Below are positions 24,536-37,286 of a DNA stretch of 64,000 bases, piece by piece; within the stretch, counting starts at the first letter, position 1, and each line of letters opens with the position of its first letter. The notes beneath the pieces are model-generated. The model worked only from the letters and a program-made list of their open reading frames with translations, searched no databases and was not told where the DNA came from. This stretch comes from Mobula hypostoma. Taxonomy: Eukaryota. Location: positions 133,984,001 to 134,048,000 of the forward strand of contig NC_086097.1 of NCBI RefSeq assembly GCF_963921235.1, read 5' to 3'. The position numbers and the translations under genes are program-made.

Positions 24536-26929
24536 CATTCTTGCTTATAGCACACTTTAATTATTTCTTGCCATAATTACTGTTCCATATGACAGGGAAG
24601 ATGACCATTTAGTCCCCTGAATTTATTCTAGCCCTCTGAGCATCCCATCATTCCTATTCTCCATTTCTCTTTCATGTCTCTATCACCACCACACACCAGC
24701 CTCTGCAAGAAATTGCAGAGAGCTGTGAGCACAGCTCAGTCTATCATGAAAACCAACCTCCCCTCCATTGACTCTGTCTCTACTTCTGATTGCCTTGGGA
24801 GAGCAGCCAATACAGTAATCAAGGACCCCTTCCACCGGTCATTTTCTCCCCCTTGCATCAGCAGAAGGCAGAGAATTTGAGATCATAAATCACCAGGCTC
24901 AAGATATCTTCTATCCTGAATAAGACAATGAAATGGACCTCTTATACAAGAAAGCTGAACTTGTGATCACTCAGTCGTTGTGGCCATTGCACCTTATTGC
25001 CTACCTGCACTGCATTTTCTCCGCAACTGAAATACAATGTTCTGCATTTTGTTTTGTTTGTCCATCTGTACTACTTCAATGTGCTTACATATTGAATCAT
25101 TGGTCTGAATAACATAAAAATAAATGCTCTCCACAAGTGACAATGATACATCAATCATCAATTTATCTGCCTCCACCTTACATCAGGGTAATGCACAGAG
25201 GCAGTTAACCTACCTCCTTGAGCTGTCAAATGAAACCAGATCACTTGTGGAGAATTGCCCTGCTTACGTTTCCATCTGAACATAAGAATCCCATGCACCA
25301 TTCACCATCGAGAAGTTATCCCCACCTTATCAATCACTGTATTTTATCTTACAAATTTTTCTGGTCATCCGTTGTTTCTGAAAGTCAGCTCCATGCAAAC
25401 TGACTGCCCAGTTTCCTTTGTTGCAATAGTGCCAGAGCCTCAAAATGTATTTAGTGGCTGTAAAACTCATTGGTACAGTGATGTGTATGATGTTGTACAC
25501 TGCCTATTATTCTGCTACAAGCACCAGCCCAAAATATGGTTGTAGATATTGGCTACATCATAAATTGGTCTTACTTTGAAGTATTGTCCCTTAGGCTGCA
25601 TGACAGTAATCTTGCTGGTTGAGAGAGTGCAGAGAGTTTCCTCATTACTGGGGCTGACCAGCAGGATCTTTACTCAACAGATAATTTACTCAGCTCAATG
25701 TACTGAGCTATTGCAATAGTTCAATGGAAGAAAAGGGTCAATCCTGGTCTTGGTGAAGTTTTCAAGGGCCTTCACATCACACTTTGAGCCCTTATTTCAA
25801 TTGGATAGACTTGTGCAATATCATCATTCCAAAACTAACTCTGCCAGGGTCATAACTTAAAGCAGTGACCTGGAACTTGGGACCTTTGGCATAAGCAACA
25901 AGTTATAACAGTGACATAGCAACACAACCCTCAGAATCACGAGACTTAACTGGTGAGTCTGGATTTCAGCAATGCCTTTCAGAAATCTCTGGATGGCTCA
26001 GAGCAAGGTACAGACAAGGAAGTACTTTGGAAATGAGGACATTGTTTCAACTTTAGGAATAACCGGTAATTTACAAACAGCAAACAACGTTACATTAGAA
26101 CTGGGTCATCTATTTTTGAAAGTTAAGAGAAGAAAATATTGGAGAGCAAAAAGCGAGCTACTAGAGGAACTCGATGAGTCAGGTAGCACTTGTAGAGGGA
26201 AATGGATTTTTGACGTTTCAGGTCAAGACCTTTCAGAGTTGAGAGGAGAGGTGCTGGGAGGAGTTGGGGCAAGAGCAGGTGGGATATGAGTGGATCCGGG
26301 TGAGGAGAGGCTGACTGGCAGATGGGGGTTCTAGTTTAATGATAACAAGTGATGAACTTTTGATCCACTTTGTTCTGACCATTGCACCTTACTGTCTACC
26401 TGCAATGCACCTTCTCTGAAACTGTAACACTATATTCCGCATTCTTTCACTTCTTTTCCCTTTGTACTACCTCAGTGTACTTAACGGCTTGAAATGATCT
26501 GATGGATGGCATGCAGAACAAAGTCTTTCACTGCATCACGGTACACCAATTACTAACACACTTCATCCAAAATACTCTCTGTGATGATGTGAAAAGCTTC
26601 ATTAAATGTTGTGACAATCATCTCACACTCTTAAGTCTGTGCAAATGCTTAAATGTGTGCAGGAAAACATCAGAAAGGCAACACTAACACTATGACCAAC
26701 GCTGGGGATTGTGACAGACTTGATTTGTCAAACACAATGTGGGGTTAAGCAGGGCTTTAGTGGATGGAGCAGTTTTTCGAGGGACAGTTGGGAAATGGAC
26801 TACCTGGGAGCCCCTAAACCCATTTATACCTACATCCACCAGTCAGGAGACTTCTTTGACACCCATTGTAGAGCCACGTATTCCACACTATGCGATTATG
26901 TTTACTATAGTATCCAGCCACACTAGTAG

Positions 26930-27250
26930 GGGCGAGGTAAAAGCGAGGGGAATAGGTTTATGTGTTCATGCTCATTTCAGGGCAGTCTGTAGCTTGGGGC
27001 CGGCGGAGGTCATATCTTTGTTGACCGCTGAGATAATGTTCCCTAACGTTTAATTGTACATTTGCTAATTGCTAATAAAGGATCAAATAAGGAATTCGAC
27101 TCTTTGAAGCAATGACTGGAGCTGTGGGCATGTCATGCAAGTATAACAACTCCGTCTGGGGTTGCAGGCTAGCAGTAATTGTTTTGTTTTGATTTTGGAT
27201 CAATTTTTGCCATTACGCCCATCAACTGACTCCCCTCGCATTCTCCTGCA
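26930..27250. promoter_or_regulatory. Candidate CNE/enhancer
   Basis: Transposon-free, with local CpG retention and clustered TAATT/TAATTG homeodomain cores and TCF-like GATCAAA/CTTTGAA. Confidence 0.35.
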
Positions 27251-27624
27251 GATTTTCCATACTCTTTTCGAAAGCTATAATTGAATCTGAATTGACACAT
27301 CTACAAGGCGAGAGGTCCAGAGCATAACTACAGTGTAAAATTACTTTGTATAATTTCTCAATAAATTTTATTTTTTCAAAGTCTTCATCTGCTCTAGATT
27401 ACACTTATTGTTCATTTTATTCCCAACATAATCATAGTAATGCATTCTTTGCTATAACCATATAGCACACAACTCTTCATAAAACATCATTTCATCTAAC
27501 TTCCCATGAGGACCCAAATTTAATATATTTTTACACTAAAAATTATTGTGCTTGCAATCCCCATTTACAAACTCAGACCTTCACAGTGCAGACAAAGGCC
27601 ATTTGGTCTATTACACACATTCTG

Positions 27625-28130
27625 GTTATTGAAGAGGCTCCAGAGGCAGTTCACAAGAATGATCTATGGAATGAAAAGCTTTATGTATGAGGAGTGTTTG
27701 ATATCTCTGGGTCTGTATGTGATGAAGCTCAGAACAATGTGGCGATGATGCCATTGAAACCTACCACATACTGTAAGGCTTGGATAGAACGGACATGAAG
27801 AGAATGTTTCCATTCGTAGGAGACTCTAGGATCATGGGGCACAACCTCAGAATAAAAGAATACCTCTATAAAACTGAGATGAGGAAGAATTTCTTCAGCC
27901 AGAGAGTGGTAATCTGTGGAATTCGTTGCCACTGAGGGCTCTGGAGACCAAGTTATTGGCTGTACTTAAGGCAGAGCTTGAGAGGTTCTAGATTGATAAG
28001 GGAATTAAAGATTTTGGGAAGAAGACTGGAAAATGGCAATGAAAAAAAATCAGCCATGATTGAATAATAGAGCAGACTTAATAGGCCGAATGGCCTAATT
28101 CTGCTCCAATATCTTATGGTCTTATGGAAG
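27625..28130 (+). mobile_element. CR1 LINE 3' end with (TCTTATGG)n tail
   Basis: LKRLQRQFTRMIYGM motif, GAATTTCTTCAGCCAGAGAGTGG and tail TCTTATGGTCTTATGG. Confidence 0.85.
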
Positions 28131-29686
28131 AAGGCGCGTGAAGATATGGGATTAATTTTCCACAGACACTGTAATACTTGTGATAGAGGAAGTGGAGTAA
28201 AGGTTCTCCAGATTGCCTCCAAGGATGGTGGGTTTGTCATATGAGAAGAGTGTAAGCACATTGCACCCATATTCTCTAAAGTTTAAAAAAATGTAAGGTA
28301 ATCTTGTTGAAATATATAAAACCTCTTTGGGACCTTGATCTTACAGATCTGGGAATGCTGTTTCCCTGTCTAGGGTATCTAAAACCAGAGCCACAGTATC
28401 AAAATGAGAGATTGCCCATTCAGGACTGAAACAAGACTCATAGGGTAGTGAAGTTTTGGAATTCTCTTGCCAAAGCAAGCTGTGGAGGCTAAATTGCTGA
28501 ATACATTCAACACAGTGGTCAACAGATTTTTTGGTATTAAGGGAATCAAGGGATGCAGGAGCTGGGTGATTGGTATTGCTTATTATTGTTGCATGTACTG
28601 AGTTGTAGATCATTTTGTCATAAAAGTGCATTCAGGTAGTACAAAGAAAAACAATAACAGAATGCAGGATGAAGTCTTACATTTTCAGCGACAGAACGAT
28701 TTAGGCAAATCATAAGGTACAAGCCCATTACGAGGTAGATAGAAGCAGGTGTGGACCATTTGAGAGGTTCTGGCTGATAAAATCTTAGCCCGACTTCCCA
28801 GCCTGACTTCAAAACCTCTTCTTTATCCACTAAAAATCACTCTTTCTCCACCTTGATTATGTTCAATGGCTCTATCCCCACATCTCTGGGAAAGAGAATT
28901 TCAAAGATACAGGACTCTGAGAAAATAAATCCCTTTCATCTCCATTTTCAACGGATGCTTCCGCATTCTGAACTGTGAGCTTTTCAATAAAATTTCACCT
29001 GTTTCTTCCAAATCCCGGTGAGATGGGGCCCAATCTGACCATCCATTCCTTCATCCTAAGAACCTATCACGTAAACGTTCCCTGAACCACTTCCAATGGA
29101 AGTACATATCTCCCTAAATAAGGAGACTAAACCCAAACTTAGTGCTCCAGGTGTAGTTTTACAATTGAATATAAAACACTACAACACAGGAACAGGTCCC
29201 TTGGCCCATGATGTCTGTGCCAAACATGATGTCAAATTAAACTAATCCCAAGCAACAGTCAATCAACTAGTGAAAACGAATTCTCAGCAGCTCAGATGGA
29301 AACCCTGCATCAAAAATCCTGATGCAGGGCTTCAATCTGATGCATCAACAATTCCTTTTCTCTCACAGATGCTGTTTGACACACTGAGTTCCTCCAACAG
29401 ATTGTTGTCATTTCAGATTTCAATACCTGCAGACTCTTGTATCTCCATTAAACTAATCACATCTGCCTGCACATGGTCTATATCCCACAAATCCCAGCAC
29501 CCCAGAAAATGCCTCTTAAATGTTGCAATGCTATCTGCTTCCACCATTTCTGGCAACACGTGTCAGACACCTACCACTCTCTGTGGAAAAATAAAACTTG
29601 CCTAAGAAATCTCTTTTAAACTTCCTCTCTTGCACTTTAAACCTATGTCCACTAGTATTTGACATTTCTACCCTGTGTGAAGGACT

Positions 29687-29880
29687 GACTGGTGGTGTAG
29701 TGGCATCAGCATTGGATTTCAAGGCACCCAGCCAGGTCCCAACTTGGGCAGCAGCAGTATATGCGCGGAAGAAAAGTCTGGCAATCTACTTTAATATTTT
29801 GCCATGAAAACCCTATGGACCCTATGGTCCATGAGGTCACAAAGAGTCAGACTCAACTTAACAACTGAACAACAACAAAT
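29687..29880 (+). mobile_element. tRNA-head SINE with Bov-A/BovB(RTE)-like body and (CAA)n tail
   Basis: A-box-like TGGTGTAGTGG, then GGCAATCTACTTTAATATTTTGCCATGAAAACCCTATGGAC and GTCCATGAGGTCACAAAGAGTCAGACTCAACTTAACAACTGAACAACAACAA. 15-bp TSD CCTGTGTGAA(G/A)GACT (29672-29686 and 29881-29895) inside an antisense CR1. Confidence 0.8.
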
Positions 29881-30289
29881 CCTGTGTGAAAGACTCTATC
29901 TATTCTATCTATGCCTCTCATAATTAAGTACACTTCTATCAGTTCAAAGTACATTTACATTCCCTTTACTGTATTTGCATGCTAATGTGTGTTTCATCTA
30001 CCAGGATGCACACTCTTCGACCTCTCTGTACCATGACATTCTATAGTTTCCAGGTACTTAAACATTATTCTGCTGCTCAATGCTTTGTATCAAACTGGAC
30101 GACCTAGGATTTCCAGTCTAGGCTTCTGTGTAAATCGAGAAAGATAATGAACAGGAGAGGTTTCCATATTTCACTGCAATATTGAAAGAGGCCATTTCAG
30201 GCACTGAGTGTATGCCAGGTCACAGAACAGTTCCATTCCTATTCATTTACCCCAGAAACCCATTCTCTCCAATTCCTCCTGAGAGACAA

Positions 30290-30590
30290 CCGCAGGTCCA
30301 GGGCAGGAATTGCAAAGGTCTAGCTTGCAGATGGAGAGAGGTTACAGCTGCCAACAGCAGGTTGAAGCAAATAGGCAATATGCAAAAGGACCAGAGCTGA
30401 AAGAGTGACAATGAAATAGAGGGATGAAGGGCTGAGGGAACTCGGAAAGGTGGGCCCCTGGAGAGACCTGAACACAAGGATGAGGATTTTAAGTTGGACA
30501 AGGAGGTAGTCCAGGGCAGCAAGCACAAGGTGATGGGTAAATGATCATCAGTTTGAGTTAGGACATAGGCTGTGAAGTTTCCTCATGAAT
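30290..30590 (-). mobile_element. L2-type LINE fragment
   Basis: Minus ORF 30320-30526 reads LKILILVFRSLQGP...YF, the L2 FKILLLVFKSL.G motif. Confidence 0.55.
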
Positions 30591-33264
30591 CAACAGCCAC
30601 TTCAGACCATTAATTCTATGCCAGCTCTCAAGCATTCCCATCGGTCGTATCCCCCCTCTCTTTCCCTGTAACCTATTCTCACCCACATCAACTGCATCCT
30701 AATTCCTCTGCACTATGGGTAAATTACAGCAATGAGTTAAGCTACCAACTGCCATTTATTTTCATTGTGGGAAGAAACCACAGCACTGGGGGGAACCCAC
30801 ACGGTCACAGGGAGAACGTACAAACTCCGCAAAGGCAGCATCCAAGGTCAGGACTGAACCCAGGTCACGGAAGTTGTGAGTCAGCAGCACTACCTGCAGC
30901 GTTTATAGTTAATTTATGCTATTTTTGTGAATGCTGTTTAATTGGGGCTATGTGCCTGTGATGCTGCTGCAGGTTAAGTTTTTCATTGAATCTGTGCATA
31001 TTTGTACTTGTGTATATGACAATTAACTTGACTTTGTCTTTGACAAACTTTTAAAACTGTGCTACAGGTGCACTGCAGTTCATGGAAGGGAGGTTGATGG
31101 AGCACTGGAATAATCAAGTCTAATATAACAACAATATAAAGATTTCAGCTATCCATGGACCCTGATGGGAGCTGAGAAGGGACAGTGATGTAGAAGGGTT
31201 GGAATGAGGCACTCTCAGTGATGGAGGGAAGCATGGGGTCAGGAGTTCAGCCCCAGTCATCATGAGTCTAGTTCAGCCTCACAGTAACCAGCAAGATGGA
31301 TGGGGTCAGTGCAGCTCTACCATACATAAACAGCAATCTTCCCTCCCAACTTTAAACCAGTGGCTGCTCCCATTATTCCTCTCACTCTCTTTACAGTCAT
31401 CCACCCATGCATCAAATTCCCAGCAATGTGTCATTACTCTGAGCTAAATCACTATTTTAAGCTGCATTGACCTTTGTGTTAGCAGTGTTCCAATGAAGTT
31501 TGATTATATATGTATAAGTTGCTCATTTGGGCAAAACAAAGGTTAATTTAACCTGAAACTTAGCACTTAAAATCTCATGTCAAGTTCTCTCTCGTGCTCT
31601 ACAAAAACGAAATTTCCTAAGTGGTAGCTAAACATGCCATTATTAAGTAAACATAAATAATTAAAATATGCTCATCAATTGCTTCTGGAACTTGGCTATG
31701 TGTTCATTGTAAAACTAGAAATTATCCATTTTACAACTATGGGGAATAGATTCCACTGTTAATGTCCCAAAGCACCAAAAGGAGCAAGATCAGAGGAAAT
31801 AGAGCTTTGAGTAACGTAAAGTTCAATTGATCTTTATTTTAAGATAAACTTTATAAAGGTTTTAATATCTCAGCTGTTGGGGATTAGCTTACTGAATAAA
31901 TGGTTCTGTACACAACCTCCCCAAGTGTAAAGTTAAAGTATCCAAAGCACTTTAAACACAAAGGTAAGTTAACTTGAAGAGCTCAAGAAGAAAACCATCA
32001 AAAGAATGCTTATGGTACCTTTAACTTGCTCCACCATTCAATTAAATAATGGCTAGATTTTCTAAGTTCACTAACTAACAGCAGAGTGAGCACTTGGCTA
32101 CTGTGGAAAGCTTAGACAGGCTGTTTGTTTTAAGTTTAGAATAGTGGGAGGGAGATTGATTGAAACAAATAAGATCCTCCGAGGTCATTATAGGGTGGAT
32201 GTGGAGAGGATACTTCTTTTGTGGGTGAATCTCGAACTAGGAGTCATAAGGAGAAAACCCCATTTAAAACAGAACCAGAGTGCAGTGAATCTTTGGAACT
32301 CTCTTCCTCAAAGGGCAGTAAACGTATTGGTTGAATTAGATTTAAGGTACAGGTAGGGAGAACTTCGACATGGGGGTGAAAGTTTGTTGCGGGTAGATTG
32401 AATCGAGGAGTTGAGATTTTTAAACAGCAGAATAGACACAAAGGTTAATGTAGCCTACTTCTTCTCCTAATTCATACATTTATGTCAGCTTCTTTGTCTA
32501 TTTTTCTTTCCAATCTCCACATTTTTAATGCAAAAAAATTCATCCTCTTCAGTTTTAAAATCATTCACTCCCAGTCAAATTGCCCCCCTTCCCAAAACTA
32601 AATAACTACCTCTTGATCTTCTGTGTGGTCCCTAATTCTTGCGTTGCCATCCTAAGGAAACCAGCCAGTCAGTGTCTATCCTGCCAATCCTTTCTGAATC
32701 CTATATTTCTAATTGAGGCCAAAATTCAATCCTTCCTGTCAGGACAAACTCCACATTTCAGAAACAGTCCTGTGAATCTACACTACACCATGGATGCTGA
32801 CTGATATGCTGATATCCTCCAGCATCTTGTGTGTTGCTTCATAAAACTAGTAGCTGGAGAGTGTTATGACAAAGGTGGAGTTATTAGACCATCCTCTAGG
32901 CAAGTGTATTCTCCCCTAGATACAGAGGCTTATCTGCACCATATTTCTAGGTGTAGTCTCACCATGCCACTATACAGTAAAGGGAATATTCCCTCACTTT
33001 CTTAGCCCATCCTTGTTACTTGGTATCCCTGAGGGAACCAACACAGCAAGCATTTCTATCCTCCAACTATAACCAGTACTCCAGCACTTAAAAGCAAAGT
33101 CCGTTTTTCTGTTCCTTGTCCCCCAGTGAATAAACTCACATTTTTCCACATTACACATCTCAGAATCTCCTTAGGGTTGCCTAATTTATAAAAGTACTGT
33201 ATGTCTGAAGTTTAGTAACGTCATCTATGCCATGACATTCTCCAGCTACCAATTTTTTGAAAGA

Positions 33265-33560
33265 TGCTGCAGGAAACCAGCACATAGAGGGAAACGGACA
33301 GCAGAGGGGAGATTGCCAGTATAAAGAGGTGAAGGGGTGGGGTTGGAGCAAGAGCTCACAGGTGATGCAGATACAGGTGAGGAGGCTTGATAGGTAGTTG
33401 GAGGAGGGGAGAGTGGAAATAGGTATTTCCCTCTGTCTTTTATTCCAGATGAAGGGTCTCAACCCAAACCATTGACTGTCTGTTTCCCTCCATAAATGCT
33501 GCCTGACCCGCTGGAAGCTTGTGTGTTGCTCCGGATTCTAGCATCTACAGTCTCTTGTAT
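33265..33560. mobile_element. Penelope-derived element with inverted termini
   Basis: Antisense terminus and purine-rich body followed by a sense terminus (CAGATGAAGGGTCTCAACCC...ATGCTGCCTGACCCGCTG). Confidence 0.65.
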
Positions 33561-35623
33561 CATCAGTTTTATGAGGACTTTATTTTCTTGGAATGCTGAT
33601 TATTTAATGTTTTCCTGAGCTTGTTCTGCTTGAAGAAGATGTCCTGTTAAAAACGGGCCTACTAGGAAGAGCAAGTAAAAAGAAACATGTGCAATTCTAC
33701 AGAATGTCTTACTTTCAGTTCCAGGCATCACAAAATATGAGAAATGTAACAACCAATTTGTAAAATCTCAACAAAAAACAACATTCAACAATTATAAAGA
33801 ATAAAGAATTATATATAAAAATTAAAGTTAGAGGTTAAAGCATGGATAGCGTAATAAAATGTGCTTAAATACTGTACATAAATATCGTCATGTATTTTCA
33901 AGGTAAATAGCATTATAAAAAGTGTTTACAGAGCAGTGTCAGTGATAGAGGGGAGTGCGGGGGTAACTAGAATGGTTGAGTAGATCTACTGCCTGGGGGA
34001 AGAAATTTTTTAAAATAAGTTTTTGTTTTAATAGTCCTATAGCACTTTCATAAGACTGTAAGATATAGGAGCAGAATTCAGTCATTTGCCCCATCGAGAC
34101 TACTCCGCCATTTCATCATGACTGATCCATCTTCCCTCTCAACCCCGATCTCCTGCCTTCTCCCCATATCCCTTCATGCCTTGACTAATTAAGAATCTAT
34201 CAAACTCTGCCTTGAATATAATCAATGACTTGGCCTCCACAGCCACCTGTGGCAACAAATTCTACAGATTCACCACTCCCTTTCCAGAAGGAAGCTTTCA
34301 GAAAAGGCAGTTTGCATGCAGGGTAATGACCACAATGACTTTCCTGCTCACTTCTTTGACCGGAACACATACAAATCCTACAGTAATGGTAGACTATAGC
34401 TAATAACCTTCACAAACTGCTGAGTATTTCCTGCAGTTTCTGTGTTTATCTCAGAATTCCAGCATCTGTTCTTTTTATTTTGGCGTTTCACTGTGTGTTT
34501 TTGAATGTCTGTTTGTATCTATGTCGAAGAGCATTTGTGCATTTTTGAATTTCACTCTGCGTTTGGGGTGGCGTGTATAAAGGAGTGAACGGGCAGGTTG
34601 AGTGCGTGCACCCCGGTGTGGAGATTTGGGGTGTGTACACACCGGGGGACTGCAGGCTTTCCAAACCGCAACATGTTTTCACCCAATCCTTTCCCATGTT
34701 GGTTTACCAATGTACTTCAAGATTTGCTCCTGATTTGAGTCACTCATTATGTCTCTTCAATCGACACTCCCTAACCTTCACAAATAGACACCGTGCTGAA
34801 CCATTCAAGGGACTGGTGGAAGGAGAGAGGGAGAAGCCAAGTAATAAATGGTGGCACCATGCATTTTCTCAGTTCAATGCAGAGTTTCGATCTGAAACAT
34901 TATCAGTTCCTTTTCTCCCACAGATGCTGCTCGACTCCTGAGTTGCTCAAGTAGACTGTTGCTCCAGATTCCAGTGCCTGCTCTCCCTTCATCCCTTTTC
35001 TAATGAGGGGTTTCAAACTTGAAATGTCAGTTCTGTTTCCCTCTCAAGGATCAAGGATCAACTTTATTCACCTTAAACATTTACATGCATTAGGAATTAG
35101 CTGTGGCGTGTTGGTCAGTGTGTGACATGCAACAAAACTATTCAACAATTATAAAGAATAAAGAATTATATAAAAATAAAGTAAGAGGTTAAAGTACAGA
35201 TATGGAATAAACTGTGTATAAATACTTCAATAACAGCATGGACTTACAATGTAAACAGCAATATAAAAAGTGTTTTAAAGATTACAGTACGCTGACTGTG
35301 GTAATAGGTGGGGAGGTGGGAGGAATATCTAAAACGATTGGTCAGATTAACTGCCTGGGGGAAGGAACTTTTAAGATGGCGTGAAGCTTTTGTTTTAATA
35401 GCCCTACAGTGTGTTCCACAAGAGAGCTTTTGGAAAAAGCAGTTTTCTGGATGGGTAGTGTGGGATGAATAGGTTTTTCCTGCCCGCTACTTGATCCTGG
35501 ACACATGTAAGTCCTGCAGTGATGATAGACTGCGGCCAAAACCTTTTATGCTGACCTGACAGTTTACTACAGTTTCCATATATTGTGAGAGGGTGCTGCA
35601 CCAAGCAAACAGCAATGGCTAAT

Positions 35624-35732
35624 CAACACACACACACACACACACACAAAATGCCGGAGGAACTCAGCAGGCCAGGCAGCATCTATGCAGGACAGTACAG
35701 TCGGACGTTTCGGGCCGAGACCTTTCATCAGG
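35624..35732 (-). mobile_element. Young Penelope-derived mini element (109 bp) with (TG)n tail
   Basis: Perfect 10-bp TSD AATGGCTAAT (35614-35623 and 35733-35742). CpGs retained. Confidence 0.85.
35698..35732 (-). ncRNA. Hammerhead ribozyme core (catalytic boxes intact, stem I disrupted)
   Basis: Minus strand reads C-CUGAUGA-A-AGGU(CUCG)GCCC-GAAAC-GUC-CGACUG. Confidence 0.6.
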
Positions 35733-37286
35733 AATGGCTAATGTAAGGACATTCTCTATCATGGCAGTGTAAAATATCACAGGCATGTTTAAGCTAGGGA
35801 ATTTGCCTTATAGATGCAGCTGAGGGATAGATATTCACCTTGCCAACAAGGAGGATTCCTGCTCCTGAAATGGCAGCAGAAGACCTTTTACACCCAGCTG
35901 GGTAGTTCAACCTGTCTTCTGACAGACTGAACAGTACATCAGACAGTGTAGCACTCTCTTAGCACTTCAGTCATCAGCTTGGATGTTTGTGCTTCCATCT
36001 GTGTCTTCACTGACACCTAAAATGTAAAGCTGAATAAATTGTTGGCAGATTAATTCAGAGTCAATGAAACATAGATGTGTCTGATATTCTCCGACATCTG
36101 GAGTACATTGGGTGAAAAATCTGAATGGTGTGAATTTAGTTGTGTGCATGTTCTGTTAAATAATTAACTTACATGTAAATGTTCACCAATTACACTGCAA
36201 TCCACTCCAGAATACATGTCAACAGTCCGCAGTGAGATTACTTAATGCTGCCAACACCGGTAAGTGAGTCAGGATATAATTCAGTGTGGCGCTGAAGTTT
36301 CTGAACAATAAGCACTGTGAATTTGCTAGATTCTTAATGCCTGGTGCATGGGCTGACTTTCACCTTTCAAACAAAGGGGGAAAAGACTAACAGGCTTCAG
36401 TAACAAAACTGTTATTACGAGCTCGACATGCACAAACTGGACACCAACTTTCCTCGCAGTATGTCAGTAACTATGCTTCCTAAGTTACTGTACTGATGTG
36501 AAATGCGTTGGGATGTCCTGTGGTTATATAAATATAAATGGTCTCCATTATGTCTTGACCCTGAAATTTGATTGTATCCCCTGATACTCATCTAATCATT
36601 TTTGTGTAAGACATACGAGTTAAACATGGTTGAACTTTACATTTCTCAGTTCAGCTTATATACAATGCTCCAGTAGTTTTAGATTCTGTACAATGCACAA
36701 TGTATGTTCTCTCAGTACATTAAATTAGCAATTGCCAGATAAATTTAATCAATGGTATCCACCCTGCAGTGACAATCACTCTGCATTAGTGCAAAGGTGC
36801 TGCTTGGGTCATTTTGCCATTTTCTCAGATCACTTCCTTACAATTGCTTCCATCACCTTAAACACTCACTCCCTCTTAACACTGCTGTAGTGTCTCTCAT
36901 TTGCAGAGTGCACTCCCCGCTCAATAGAGTTTCAAAAGGGCCTCCCTGAGCTGCGACTTTCACCATCTATTCCACAGGAACATCATTGTCCCTGCAAGTC
37001 TGGCCACCTCCCAAATGGTGAATATATTTTCTGTCCTTCATCATCACCAGCTCTAAATCCTGAAACTCCCTCCAAAGCAACACCGTGGGAATACCTTCAC
37101 CATGTGGGAGCTCCCTCACCAGAGGACTGCAGCAGTTTCCTACTCTGTTTCTTATGTTCTCATGGAAGACGACTCACTGAAGCATTCAAGAGCAACTAAG
37201 GGGGGGAGAAAGTATTGCCTTGTTACTGATGTCCCTTTCCTAAGAATGACTGAAAAAGACAGGAAAAAAGCTAAAACAGGTTAGAG

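Larger units (their letters stand above)
33770..35790 (-). mobile_element. Two copies of one Rex1-like 3' family (about 33770-34320 and 35047-35790), each interrupted
   Basis: Both share ATTCAACAATTATAAAGAATAAAGAATTATATA...AGAGGTTAAAG. The first is split by a CR1 tail and the second by a Penelope mini element. Confidence 0.65.
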
